From the NCBI GenBank assembly GCA_003427395.1, contig BFEA01000013.1:1159891-1223890 (forward strand): 64,000 bases of DNA, read 5' to 3'. Positions 25,656 to 39,539 of this stretch are shown here, in pieces. The position numbers were made by a program, and so were the translations under genes. The notes below the pieces were generated by a model that saw only the letters and a list, made by a program, of their open reading frames with translations, was not told where the DNA came from and made no database searches. How positions within the stretch are numbered: position 1 is the stretch's first letter; each line of letters opens with the position of its first letter. The DNA comes from Chara braunii (lineage: Eukaryota > Plantae > Charophyceae).

Positions 25656-25746
25656 GTGCGTTTTTGAACCTTCGTGCCCTCTTGTTATTCCTGCTCAAAG
25701 CCTCAAAAGCAAATCTCGTTTGTTTCACTGTGACTTTTATTCTTAA

Positions 25747-25920
25747 ACGGCTAGTTCACCAGAAGCAGAAAAGGGGTCTTACCAGTATATGCGGCTTTTC
25801 AATTCGGGCCTGGGTCAGTAGTGAACATGACCGGCCACTTTGAAAAGTCTCAGTCTCAGTCTCAGGCTCACTAGCCTTGGAAGGTAGCTTTGTCAATTTT
25901 GGTTCGTGTGAACTGGTGGT
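25747..25920. mobile_element. 174-bp MITE with TTAA TSD, related to 18103-19139
   Basis: TTAA-ACGGCTAGTTCAC ... GTGAACTGGTGGT-TTAA. Confidence 0.65.
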
Positions 25921-26512
25921 TTAACAGACATTTGTTGTTATGCTATGGTCGTATTATTGCCATGTTTAAGCTCCCTGGTCAGATTATTGCCATGCTCAGG
26001 GGTTCAGATTATTGTTATGTTCAAGCTCCCTGTTGTGGTGCACAGATTATTGTCGACACATTAGACGCCATTGTGCAAGGAACCTGCAAGTGGGCATTCT
26101 GGTGCCAAGGGTCAAGACAGGGGTCCCATAAGAGAGTTCTGCAGGGGTTTCTTTTGGATACCTGCAGACAACCAGCGATGTGCATCTGATCTACAGCCGT
26201 GGCTGACCACGGGTTGACTTTGACCTCTGGGCCTGGATTCCCGTGCTGGACTTTTTCAAAGTCAACTGTTCCGTGTAGGGCCTCTGAATGCTGATTCTGT
26301 CCCTGCCCTGGGTATCCCTTGGCCTCAGGCCTTTGCCCAGGCTTTCTTAGACTTAGGGCGTGACTTTTGACCCCTGTTTCGGTCCTTCGACCATAAGTGA
26401 CGATCTACAGCCCATAGCTTATGCAGATTTGAGCCGAGTAATTGCAGGACAGCAGCAGTTGCCCTTGACATTCATCCCATTTTTGCTTGTTGCAGAACCG
26501 TTGGTGTGCACT

Positions 26513-27027
26513 TGTTATATGCTGCGCCTGCAACAGGCTGCACGGGCCCCTTTCAGGCCCGTGACGTTTTCAGGCCAAAAGCCTGAAAACAAGGGCCTAC
26601 AGGCCCTGTGTCGTTTCAGGCTAAATCAGGGCCTTTCCGGCCCTGAGTATTTTCAGCCTGAAACCGAGTGCCATTTTCAGGCCCTCATCAGTCCGACCCG
26701 CCCTGAAACTCAGGCAACAAACCAGGGTTTTAGGCTTTTAGCACAGGCCATTTCAGGCCTGTTTCAAGACAACCCCTGGTTCAGCTTCAACGTCAGGGTC
26801 TGGCACGTTTCGGCATTGGCAAGTGCAGCCTCCTGGATGGGCCAGCACTATATAGGACTGGCCCGCCCTGCAGGCCGGCAGGTAGTTCCTAGGTACTTCC
26901 CAGGCACTTCACGCGCAGTTCAGGAGGCAGGAGGTAGTCTTCAGGATTCGGCAGCAGCACTCTGGAGGAGCGCTGCAGGAGTAGTTGTAGCGCTAGCAGT
27001 AGTCTTCAGCGTTGGGCGCTAGTAGCG
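26513..27027 (+). repeat. 5' LTR of B (visible part; the rest lies in the gap)
   Basis: Highly similar to 38625-39223. Confidence 0.9.
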
Positions 27028-27457
27028 NNNNNNNNNNNNNNNNNNNNNNNNNNNNNNNNNNNNNNNNNNNNNNNNNNNNNNNNNNNNNNNNNNNNNNNNN
27101 NNNNNNNNNNNNNNNNNNNNNNNNNNNNNNNNNNNNNNNNNNNNNNNNNNNNNNNNNNNNNNNNNNNNNNNNNNNNNNNNNNNNNNNNNNNNNNNNNNNN
27201 NNNNNNNNNNNNNNNNNNNNNNNNNNNNNNNNNNNNNNNNNNNNNNNNNNNNNNNNNNNNNNNNNNNNNNNNNNNNNNNNNNNNNNNNNNNNNNNNNNNN
27301 NNNNNNNNNNNNNNNNNNNNNNNNNNNNNNNNNNNNNNNNNNNNNNNNNNNNNNNNNNNNNNNNNNNNNNNNNNNNNNNNNNNNNNNNNNNNNNNNNNNN
27401 NNNNNNNNNNNNNNNNNNNNNNNNNNNNNNNNNNNNNNNNNNNNNNNNNNNNNNNNN

Positions 27458-27514
<57 letters not shown>

Positions 27515-30500
27515 TGTCGAGTGCATCGGTCCGGCACCACACAAAACGGGGCGGGACCCTCCCGGTCGCGTCACGCAGGAGTCGGTCTGATCCTCGTCGC
27601 AAATACATAATGGAGCTTCCGCAAATCGCTCCGGCCGAGTGCGCCAGCCATACCTCTCACGAGCCCCTACGACAGGATAGGGTCTACGCGAGGCACGACT
27701 TACCTCCACCTGGGAGTTGTCACCTCCCTTCGGTGGGCGTATCCACGTCGAGCTATTAGTCCACAATACGAAAGCTAATCAGTTGCAATCGCAGAGGTGG
27801 ACCAGCCGAGGGCGTTTCTCGTACGCTGTAGCATGGGGGTACGCGCGGTTTTACACCTCTGTCGGACCCGCACGCGAACCGACATCTTGAGGGGGCAGAG
27901 GTCCCAAGCGCGACTCGTCGTCGGTCGACTATGACGCATCCCACACACCACGCGTAGTCCACTCTAAAGAATATAAAAATAAAAACACGCACATATCCAC
28001 GCACATATACAAAAACAACACAGGACAAACAATGTGACAACACACCGAGTCCCTTAGTAGCCATCCCATAACTTTTCGATACGGAAGTCTGATGGGCGTC
28101 GCGCGCTATTGGAGGGCGCGGTGTCCTGGCCCTCCTCTGCGTACCAAGTCCCTGCTTGGTATCAGTCTCTTGCTTCGATGTTGCGGCCTGTAGGCATGTT
28201 TCCGAACCTCTACGATCCCTAGTACCCGGGCTGTACCTTGACGTGGACCGGTCCGGTTGGTGCCTGCCTTAGCAAAAAGGAGGGTGCGCCACAGGAGTTT
28301 CCTTTGGTCCACGTAGGCTCGGCGCCCTGCTGTACAGAAGAGCAAGGACCAAGAAGAGAGAAGTGAAGAGAAAGAAAATATGGAAAAGGAAAATAAAAGT
28401 TAACCGTCAAGCCTATGCAATGACCTGAGCATCTGCTTTAATTCGGGAGGGGGCCAGCGGTTCAATTTCTGAGCCGCGGTCGCTGTCAGGTAACGTGGCC
28501 TGCTTGGAGTTGAAAGGACCGTCTGGTCCTAATGGTTGTGATCCAGGCCAGGTGCAGGGACGTGATAGGGGTAACCCGTGCGGACATTTCAACCGTGCAC
28601 TGGACTCCAATAGCTGTGTTTGGGGGTAGATATAGTGACGCCTGTAAAAGGAAAAGTGTAAAAAGGAAAGAAAGAGGGAAAAGGTTGAACGTCCGGCTTT
28701 AGATTTGCGCATGGACTCATATCGTTGTTCAGGCGAGGCTGCTGCGCAAGGGAATTTTGAAGCGCCATCTTTTCTTCTCTGCGGTTACTATAATAATTAT
28801 TATTATTGTTACTATTGATATTGTTAAATTTTCTTCAGGACCTTTCGGCCTGCTATTTCGTGGGAAGGCCAACGGCTAGAATTATGAGTGCAGTGGCAAT
28901 AGACTGGCCCGACCATTCTCGTATATCGCCGGAGGTAGCCTGTCCTGTTGAGCGCAGTGCGGTAGGACCCCAAAAGAGGGGCGACCTGCGGCCGCATCGG
29001 TAGGAAGCTCATCACCCCCTATAGGAGGTCATGAACCCCTTCCTTGCCATCGGACACGGGTACCCGAAAGAGATAGGCCGATGGTTCATTTTAAAGGGAT
29101 GGGAGCATCGGTCGGTGTCCCGTTATGGGACCACCGCGCTAAGCATAGCGGTCTTTTCGCGCAAAAGGCTGGCCTACGACTGTTGGCGTACTGCTGTTAA
29201 TTTTCCCTGTTGTCTGTTTGTTTTAACTCTTTTCTCTTAATGAAGTATTTTCTTTTATTTTTATTAATTGAATTTATTGGTTTTGATTCCTCGTCTAGAG
29301 CGCGGGGATCACAGTAAACAAAAATCTTATAAGAGGAAAAGGGGAAAGGCGTCTGCAAGCTAGGTTTGAGCGACCTCGCTATGCTGAGTACTAGCGTACT
29401 GCAGGTAGAAGGCTAGGCGGCCGTAGTGAACGGACGGGAGATTGCTTGTGTGCGTTTGCTTGCACATTGAGCGGATTGGTCATGTTTACTCTGGGACAGT
29501 AGACTGGGATGGGGCAAGGTTTGCTGAGAAAAGTCTGGCTATGGCAGTGCACGGCTATAGACCAGGCTATTGGTACCTCCAGACTCACTGGAAGCCCATG
29601 TCTGGGGAAGGGCCCTGGATTACGGTAATGCTCAGTTACGATGGGGGAGATGAACTGAGACTAAAGATTAATGTGGAAGGGGCTAAGGAGGAGGAAATGA
29701 GGACTAACCCGAAGCTGCAAGATGCTATTTCGGAAGCCAAGGATCGGGTCGAGCGACGCTGCAGGAGAGACGGGGTGACGGTGAGGATGCAAGTAACGGT
29801 CGCGTACCATGAGACAGAGACCTCGGCAGACACGGTGGACCGAGAACAGGCCCACCTGGACAAGGACTCAGGGGAAGAGAGTGAGATGAGTGAGGCCAGA
29901 GACCGGGAGACCGATCTCCAGCCTTGGAACAGGCCGGGCCAGGTTCGCAAGAACCACCCTCTGGCACAACCTGTGGAAGGCGGGCCCGAGGCCAGCTCGC
30001 GGCAGCGGAGTCCCAGAGGATGTGGGACAGGAAAGGTGGGAGAAAAAGGAAGGGTGTGTGTGTGATCATAACAAGAGAGAGAGAGAGAGAGAGAAGCCCC
30101 GAGAGAGGTCAACACGTGCAGGCGAGTCGCAGAGAAGGGGACGCGCACCTGTGAGGTGCTGTTAACATCAATTGTTTCCTCAACGTTCGCGCCTGACGTT
30201 TTTCGAGCATGCGGAACCCGCTGAGAGCGATCCGGAAATCAACCTGAGGCGGTGAAGAAACCAGCGTGGCGAGACTGAAAAACGTGAGAGTTAACTCGAG
30301 AAAGGAGGCGTGCACGAGAAGGGTGAGTGAGGACGAGATGGGATGCGCGTAAATGCAGAACGAGAGAGAGGTAGCGCGAGAGGGAGGTCAGACACAGAGG
30401 GGCACGAAAAGAGGGTCAACTCAAAGAAGACTGGACCGCAGAGGTGAAGGGTGTGCAGGTGTGAGACCAGGCATGGGAGACTAGTGATACAAGAGGAGAT

Positions 30501-33500
30501 CACTAACGCGAGCGAGACTTCTTGGCTGACGTCAACTGCTCAGGATGAGCTCGTGTAGTGTGTCTGCAAGGAGGGTTAATGCGCGTGTCGACGGTGATAT
30601 GCACTCAAGGTCATTTCCTTGAAGCGCGGAGTGCGAGTGAGCGAGCCATATTTCCTATCTAACTGTGTACTCTCACCATCATCCTCAATCTTCAGTTGGC
30701 TGCCCGAGTGCGTCTCGTGAGTCAGGTGTACGACGAGAGACGAGGTAAGCCCGCGGGGGTTGAGCTACGTACTTGAGGGGCAACTGATGCAGTCACTCTT
30801 GTTGAGTTCTAGTGGGCCGAATGGCAATTACTAAACCAATAATGGTGAAAGGAGGAAAATTTTGCGCGCCGTGCTGATTCTGTTGGAGTGGCGCTGAGCA
30901 CGTGAGACGAGCACTGAGCGGTGAAAACAAGACCTAAGGCCGCTGTTTTCTTCTTCGTGTGGCCGGCGATCAGCATATGGAAAAAGCCCAGATCTCTAGG
31001 AAGTGGTCGCTGTATAAATACGTGGTTGACGTCATCTATTTCGCTGCTCATCTTCGGTTGACCTACGGGAACTGAGGACTTCTTGGTTTTCTTCTCAGTT
31101 CATTTCTCAGCTCTCTTCTCGGTTCACTTCTTGGCACGATTTCTCGTACTCCCGTTACTCAGAGTACACCCTCGCGGCTGTCAACTTTTTGTCTACCGAG
31201 TTACTGAAAGGGGTCTTTTGTAAGAGGAACCACGTGATATAGTTGCGAGAGTGATTAATGAAGGGAGGGTCAGAATTATCAGGTAACCCCCGTGGTGAAT
31301 GAGACTCAGTTTTTTTTGTGCTGGTTTCACCATGGCAGTCAAGACTTCATAACGCATCTGCTGACATAGTTTTTGTCGTAATTTAGGGTATTTCTGGTAG
31401 CCTGTTCCAAGTAGTGAACATTGGGCGAATCACTAATTGAGAAAGGGTTGATCTTAACTGTAGTCTCACCGAATTGGGAAAGCAGTCACTTATGGCGTGA
31501 TAACGCCTGTTATTTGATAATGTATCGTTTTAGTAGAATGATCGTCTTCAATCTGTCTGATAAACTGCTTGTTAATAGTAAATGGTCTGCTGAGTATCCC
31601 CACGGAAGAATGGTCGCTCGTATCTGTAGCAAAATTGTCTGAGACTTGTGCTCGTAGATAGCCACTTCCACCTGGTGTAAGCGCTGACCTAATAGTACGT
31701 TCAGAGAGCCAGTGAGCTTGAGATTCTGTTTTTGAACTACGGTGAACATGCACATGGGTAGAGTTTCTTTCCTATACTCTCGCTTGGCCTTCCAAATCTC
31801 ATGTTTGTAATGTATTTGGATGATCGAAGTAATTACGAGTCGTTGTTATATCTTTTGCTTGGAGGCAGTCGACTGGCTCTGGCGAGCGTCTCGATGAGCA
31901 CTGAGTTCACAGTGCCCGTTAGGGAAGCTCCAGCCCGTCAATCAGAGTTCGCTTCTTCTACAAAGGGCAAAGTTTCCAAACTTAAAACATATCAGAAATG
32001 ATTATTGTGGCTTGATGGGGAGGAAGCGCGCAGTGCTCAGAAAAGCCGCTTATTTACTTGTCAAATTCTTGATTGACGGGGACTAACCCCGACACTTGCT
32101 CATACCAGTCCAGCCTCGGTGGGAAGTCTGGTAAACGGGGGAATGTTAGTGAGTCTCGGCCTTCATATACGATGATCAGACCTATGTTAGTCTAAACCAA
32201 TGCTTGATCTCCGTTATGTTCGGTGTGACGTGCAAAGTTCTGAGCGGGGAAAATACCCCCCTTTCCTGTGAGCACAGATTAAGCGTGAATATGATCTTCG
32301 ATGATGGCGCTAAGATGATTGAGTTATTTAAAACTATTATATATATATACATCTATTTGACGATATATACATATATATATATATGCTTGATTATTTAAAT
32401 TTTGTTTATGTAGAGGGGGACTAGCCCGAGCTTTGCTCCGAGTGATGCGGTACCCCAAGTCAGTTCGGAACTGGGACCGCGTATGTTGCACGTCTCTCCC
32501 TTTTGCGTGCAAGACACCACTTGTGTGGCGAATGAACCGAGGCCGTGAATTACGGAGCTCCGTACTGAGAAAGCTGATTTAGCTAAGAAACAGAGCCGAG
32601 AATCTTTCAATGCTATCTCAGCTTCGAAATGTTTGATTAATCGAGCTTTGCATGCGTAGGGTTAATGGGCGACACGTATCCTAAGAATCACTTGAGCAAG
32701 TACTTTCTTCGTTATCGAGTCACGAAACAAACAGGCCGCCCTGGTAGATTTGCGCTGGAAGTCACGTCTGAGCACCATACGGTTAAACAGCGGAAACACA
32801 TCTCAACAAAGTTGTAGCGAGTCCGGAGTGACCCCCCCCCCCTTGGCGTTAACTCGGTTAGTGCTGACTTTTGGTGCTCAAAACGTTGTCAGGAATGTTG
32901 GTGAGTCCTGACCCTAAAATCGCATGAGGAAATAGCTCTGGGTACTGGCGTGCTGAGTAATCGCACCTACTGAGAAAGGTTCAGAGGTATTTCCGTGTCT
33001 GAAGTTTCCGCCTCCTTAGGGCAGGAGCGGTTAATCCTCAAAATGAACGTTGTGCAATTTAAGTGCATAATTCTTGAGCAAGGGCGTTGCCCTCGACTAG
33101 TGATATAACTCGGTGGGGCGACAATACTGTATTGGCTGGTTCTCAGAAGTCTTGCTCCCATCAGCGATCTGAGTGCCAAGATAACCACCATTGTGCACAA
33201 ACATCTGTGAAGTCACGATTCCGAGCAGTACGAAATATTTGAGTGTTTTCAGTGATACTCAGTCCCGTGCACAATCTCGAGTTCTCAGAGCAAAACTATC
33301 TTCCCACGAAGGGAGGGACAGATTGTACTTGGCTACAAATTGACGAAGGCAAGCTACCCTCTATGCTTGTACGCGCTCCCGGTGAATGAGGCCTATGCGT
33401 AGAGGCAGGCCCTGCACCACCTGCCAGTCTCGGGTGCTCTAGGTTGTATAAAAGCATGAGCCAAACATAACAAGGCGGGCCCGTGAGCAAGTGGGTGAAG

Positions 33501-35011
33501 ACCAAGGCAGAACCGCGTGGAAAGGTCTGCAGGCCTCCTAACTTTTGGCCTATCTGTTACTGCAATGAGCTATAGTAAAGGCATGGTATTGGTAACCTGT
33601 ACTCTACGTCGAGACAAGTCGAAAGGCTGGGAAGAGGAAATTATCAGGGATGTTTAGACCCGAGTTGAAATGATGAGAGGGCAATCACTGAAATTGGTGG
33701 GGGAACAGAATATCATCGAGTATACGATTTATCTTCATGGATCGGACGGAAAACTACACAGTACATATTCATTCACTGAAACTGTAGACCAAGCAAAAAG
33801 GGAGTGGGGATCATCAATGAGTCAATCAAAAACTATAACCTCCCAAGGCGGATTTGGTCATCTGGCACAGTGATCAATCAGTACACAGCCAGTGTTCGAT
33901 CACCGTTCTATTACTATCCAATCACCGTTCAGCCAGAGATCAACCGGTGTATAATCAGAGTTTGATCAGTAATCTATCAGTATCTCAGATGTCAGGTGCC
34001 AACCGGCAAACAACAGTTGCATCCAGTCATTAAGTGACTATTGTATAGTGACTTACTACTTCGGCAAACTTTAAGCAACATTCAATCAGCAACATTCAAT
34101 CAACGCTCAACTGATACCCAGTCAGCACCTTGTCATTCTTATATGTGCCAGAGATCAGTGTCAATTAGACAGTACGTTTGCCCAAAGATTTGAGAATCAG
34201 TCTGAACACCCTTCAACAACCTATGAGTACAGTCAGATCATCCTTAGTTCAGGAGACTGTCCTGACCAGTCTTAATCTGATCGCTCCTCAGGATATTTCT
34301 GGTATCGGTATGTCATCGCAGTCAGTTTCAGACAGGAAGACCTATCAGTTTCTGTGGTTCACACTGAGTTCGTCGGTGGTATCATTCATGACCTGAAGCC
34401 CTATCCGAAGAAAGGCAAGGAGACTCATAAGCACTTCGACTCTGTCTGGGCCTCAACAGCTAGTTACCTTGAAGAAAGGGAGGAGTTGGATAAGAGTGGA
34501 ACCAAACTGATTCGCAGCTTTGGGCCAAAACTCTACACGGACTATCCTAAGCCCCCGGTACCTTTCACTCTCACAGACGGCTCTTGCTGGGGTGACCTGA
34601 TTGATTTGGCCAAGAGGTACATCTCTTCTGCAGTGATCGATTACGAGGCAGTGACAGAGCCCTCCGAGTTCCCGCATTTCAGACGGGGCATTTTTTTCCA
34701 GCCATATCTCCTTACTCTATGGGAGGAATTACGTGTTATGGTTGACTTCCGTATCATGGGACTTGGGTGGAAGTGCTCGGAACTAGCATGCTTCAGGTGG
34801 CTCTACATTCAGAGGCCACAGGCTCAGAAAGTACGAGGACGTGGCTCGAGGCACAAGAAACGCACAGCGAAGGGAGAAACTGAGTGTGAGATTCAGAGGG
34901 TTGAGTGAGGACTCTTGACTGGTGCTGGCCGTGTTCCCTACATGTGTACTTTCTGAGGCTATTATGAGTTCTCATTCTTCCCTCATTGAACTTTGTGTTC
35001 TCCATCCGACA
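27515..35011 (+). mobile_element. Giant LTR-like unit G3 (TGTCGAG family) nested in B; right end tentative
   Basis: Starts TGTCGAGTGCATCGG; the first ~590 bp are homologous to G1/G4. The candidate end CCGACA at 35011 is where B pol begins. The flanks CCGT/ACGG do not form a TSD. Confidence 0.55.
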
Positions 35012-38000
35012 ACGGCAACTTATCGTATTCAAGTGGTTCTTCACGGGATTCAGCGCGCGAGTTCAACATAGAGGTATTGGACTCGCTCACGATCGAGGAT
35101 TTCGCATGGCTTCCTCTTTCGACCACGGGCCGCTTGCGGGGACTGCAACGCGCAGCATTATGCGCTCATCTTCACACGTATTTATCCTATGCACCACCAA
35201 CTTCGCCGACGGATGACGAAGTCGCGGTGGGGGACATCCTTGCGTATGTTACGAAGGTGGACCGCGAGTTTCGCAAGCAGCGGTACGATGACAACAACGC
35301 ACCGCTCCTCTATGTCCACATCCAAGTTGGGCAAGCGTCCTGCAGCGCTTTGCTGGATAGCGGCGCGTCTTGCAATTTTATGAGTCGGGCCTTTATGCAT
35401 TCGACATTAATTTGGGAATGCCTTGGCTTGCAAGTGTGGATCACATGGTCAACTTCCACAAGCGGACTCTTACCATTCGCGACGCCTTCGGCGCCGAAGT
35501 GTCGTGTACTATTCCTCTTCCGCACCCTTCGATTCGGTGCCAAGTATTGACGGCCAAGTCATTCCGGGCTACTTGTGCTTACGAGCAGCCCGACGAAATC
35601 GGCCTATGCTTCCTACGGACCGTCGCCGTAGCTGACTCTTCACCCACGAACTTGTCTTCGGACCCCCTTGTGGTGCGGTTGCTTGACGAGTTCGCCGACA
35701 TCTTCGAGTCACCTACCGGTGTGGTGCCGGATCGGTCGATCTCTCACGAGATCATTCTTGAGGCTGGTGCCGTGCCGCCGAAAGGTTGCATTTATCGCAT
35801 GAGTAAGGAGAAGCTTACGGTCCTCCGCTCGCAACTCGATGATTTGTTGGACAAGGGCTAGATGCGCCCTAGTAGCTCTTCATACGGAGCGCCAGTTCTC
35901 TTCGTACGGAAGAAGAACAAAGATCTATGATTGTCCATCGAGTACCGCAAAGTGGCGCAAGCTCAACGCGCAAACCGTCAAGAATGCGGGGCCTCTTCCT
36001 CGCATCGACGATCTTCTTGAGCGATTGGGCGGTGTGAAGTACTTCTCTAAGTTGGATTTGAAGTCGGGATACCATCAGATTTCGATCCGACCGAACGATC
36101 ACTACAAATCCGCGTTCAAGACGCGGTACGGGGATTTTGAGTGGGTGGTCGTACCTTTTGGCCTCACCAATGCCCCGACGACCTTTCAAGCGGCAATGAC
36201 CAACGAGTTCCGTGCGTTGTTGGACTCTTTCGTTCTGGTCTACGTAGACGACATTCTTGTCTATAGCCGCTCATTGGAGGATCATCTTGAACACCTTCGA
36301 CGAGTGTTGGAGACGCTCCGCCGCGCCAAGTACAAGGCCAACCGCGACAAGTGCGAATTTGTTCGGCAAGAGCTGGAATACTTGGGCCATTTTGTCACAC
36401 CGGAGGGCCTTAGCCCGCCATCGGACAAGATTCGAGCCACCCAAGAGTGGCCAGAGCCGCGGAACGTCACAGAAACCATTCGTTCCTTGGCCTTGCCGGC
36501 TACTACCAACGTTTTATCAAGGGATACTCGAAGATCGCGGCCCACTTGTCCAAGCTTCAATGCGAGGATCAACCGTTTGACTTTGGAGAGGATGTGCAGG
36601 AATCATTTTTGGATCTCAAAGCCGCGCTATTATCTGCGTAGGTCTTGCACATCTACGACCTGCTATTGCCTACCCACGTCACTATGCCCACGTCACTATG
36701 GATGCGTCTGGCTATGGCATTGGTGTCGTCCTCGAACAACACGATGGTGTGGACTGGCAACCGGTCGAGTACTTCAGCAAGAAAGTGCACGTCGTGCACT
36801 CCATTGATGATGCACGCAAGGAGGAGCTCCTCGCCTTCGTCCACACGCTCAAGCGGTGGGGGCACTTCTTCCTTGGTCGAATCCAATTCTGATGGGTAAC
36901 GGGCAACAATTCGTTGGTCTTCTACAATACCCAAGACACCGCCAATAGCACCATCGCCCGATGGATGGCTTTCACCGAGCAATTTGACTTCTTTCCCGAT
37001 CATATTTCGGGGAAGTCAAACCGTTTTGCGGATGCTCTTTCACGGCGTCCGGATCACTGTAACGCAGTCTACTCGACCTTCGAGATCGGCGACGACCTGC
37101 GGGACAGTTTCATCCGCGGCTACCAAGCCGACCTCGAGTTTTCCAACAAGTACGCGAATTGCTCCTCTCCTAATTCGGCGCCTTCTCACTACCGGATCCA
37201 AGAGGGGCACTTGCTTGTCCACACGCGGGGGAAGGACCTTCTTTGCGTACCAAGTGACTCTCACTTGCGTACACGGCTTCTTGGCGAGTTCCACGATGCT
37301 CCTGCCACCGGACACTTTGTAGTCAATCGCACGATTGGCCGACTTCCCGAGCGATTTTGGTGGCCCGGCCTTCTTGACGACGTCACATGCTATTGCGAGT
37401 CATGCGAGGTTTGCCGATGCTGCAAATCCTGCAACCATCGTCCGTACGGCAAGTTGCGATCGCCGAAGGGAAGCGATTGCCATGTTCATTACCGGGCCGT
37501 TCCCCAAGCACAAGACCGGTGTGGATAAGATTCTCACAGTGGTCGACCGACTCACCAAGTTTGCCATGTTTTTGCCTTGCCACTATCATGCCAAGGCACC
37601 GATGTTGGCCGAGGTTCTTTACGCTGGTTGGATTGGAACCAAGGGTTACCCCAAGGAAATTGTTTGCGACCGCGACACTCGGTTCATGTCCGATTTTTGG
37701 TTGGCGCTCATCAAACGATGGGGCTCATTTCTCAGGCCAGTTCGGCCCGCGACCCCCAAACCGATGGACAAACGGAGAGGGCGCATCAGACCGCACTGGT
37801 TGTCCTTCGCACTCTCATATGTCCCGACCAAAAGGATTGGGTTGAGTGGCTGCCTGTTGTCGAGTTGGCATACAACTCGTCCATCCACCCCGCTATCGAG
37901 ATGTCGCCCTTCGAGTTCGAGCATGGCTCGCCGGTCACTTCGCTGTTGGGCGCAATCATTCCACGAACGGCCGAGAGCAACGACCATCTTTTTTTCTTGC

Positions 38001-38606
38001 GTCGGATGAAAGAGCTACTTGTCAAGGCACGCGACCAGATGGCCTAGACGCAGCAACGCATGAGCCAACAGGCCAATCGCCAGTGTCTTCCTTGCCCATT
38101 ATGTGTCGGCGATCTCGTTTGGGTTTCCGCCGTGGAATTCAGCCTTGAACAAGATATCGCTTGCAAGCTGCTCCCGAAATGGATGGGGCCCTGGCCGATC
38201 GTGGCACCCGCTGGGGATGCACCCGAGGGACCCTCCTTCACTATTCAGGTGCCCGCCCACTTGCCCGTCTACCCGGTCTTTCATTGCTCAAAGCTGGCTC
38301 TTTACACGCCAGCGGAACATGACGATTTTCCCGGGCGATGATCGCAAAACCCACCCTCTATGAACGGTTTTCAAGAGGTCAGCGACATCATCTCCCAGCG
38401 GTGCTACGGCAACAGGCCAACCGAGTACTTGGTACACTTTGCGTACTGCAGTCACAGAGCTGACCGTTGGTTGACCCGTGTGGAACTCCAAGCAACAGCT
38501 CAGGATGTTCTCGCACGCTACGAACGCAAGATGCAAGGCAAGCCCGTATCTTCGGCATCCACGTTCCACCTTCAGATCGTCAGCTTCGCCCTCGCCCCGG
38601 CTTGAC
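35012..38606 (+). pseudogene. pol of element B: protease, RT, RNase H, integrase, chromodomain (disrupted)
   Basis: LLDSGAS; YFSKLDLKSGYHQI, PFGLTNAPTTFQ and YVDDIL; DASGYGIG; HDAPATGH...CESCEVC; IVCDRDTRF and PQTDGQTER; WMGPW; EVSDIISQR...EYLVHF chromodomain. Multiple frameshifts and stops. Confidence 0.95.
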
Positions 38607-38611
38607 TTCAT

Positions 38612-38624
38612 AAGGAGGGGGGGA
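38612..38624 (+). promoter_or_regulatory. Polypurine tract of B
   Basis: AAGGAGGGGGGGA immediately before the 3' LTR TG. Confidence 0.9.
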
Positions 38625-39487
38625 TGTTACATGCTGCGCCTGCAACAGGCTCCACGGGCCCCCTTTCAGGCCCGTGACGTTTTCAGGCCAAAAGCCTGAA
38701 AACAAGGGCCTACAGGCCCTGTGTCGTTTCAGCCTGAAAGCCTGAAAACAAGGGCCTACAGGCCCTGTGTCGTTTCAGGCTAAATCAGGGCCTTTCCGGC
38801 CCTGTGTCGTTTCAGGCTAAATCAGGGCCTTTCCGGCCCTGAGTATTTTCAGCCTGAAACTGAGGGCCATTTTCAGGCCCTCATCAGTCCAACCCGCCCT
38901 GAAACTCAGGCAACAAACCAGGGTTTTAGGCTTTTAGCACAGGCCATTTCAGGCCTGTTTTGAAGATAACGCCTGGTTCAGCTTCAACGCCAGGGTCTGG
39001 CACGATTCGGCATTGGCAAGAGCAGCCTCCTGGACGGGCCAGCACTATATAGGACTGGCCCGCCCTGCAGGCTGGCAGGTAGTTGGTAGGTACTTCCCAG
39101 GCACTTCACGTGCAGTTCAGGAGGCAGGAGGTAGTCTTCAGGATTCTGCAGCAGCACTCTGGAGGAGCGCTGCAGGAGTAGTTGTAGCGCTAGCAGTAGT
39201 CTTCAGCGCTGGGCGCTAGTAGCATTAGCAGTAGTCTTCAGCGCTGGGCGCCATAGGAGCGAGAGTAGTACTAGAGAGAGAGAGATTGGGCCGAGGCCAG
39301 GGATACTTACCTGCAGCGACATATCTCCAGCTTCGCCTTCGAGGTACCTGCAGCTCAGCGCCATCTTCACAGGTTAGTACCTGGCACATGAGAGAGAGAG
39401 AGAGAGANNNNNNNNNNNNNNNNNNNNNNNNNNNNNNNNNNNNNNNNNNNNNNNNNNNNNNNNNNNNNNNNNNNNNNNNNNNNNNNN

Positions 39488-39539
<52 letters not shown>

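Noticed and set aside
26670-26695. Minus-strand CTGATGA-GGGCCT-GAAA in both B LTRs (also ~38867-38890), resembling a minimal hammerhead
   Set aside because: No stem I or stem III/NUH pairing can be formed; it is part of a GAGGGCC/GGCCCTC hairpin in a motif-rich LTR.
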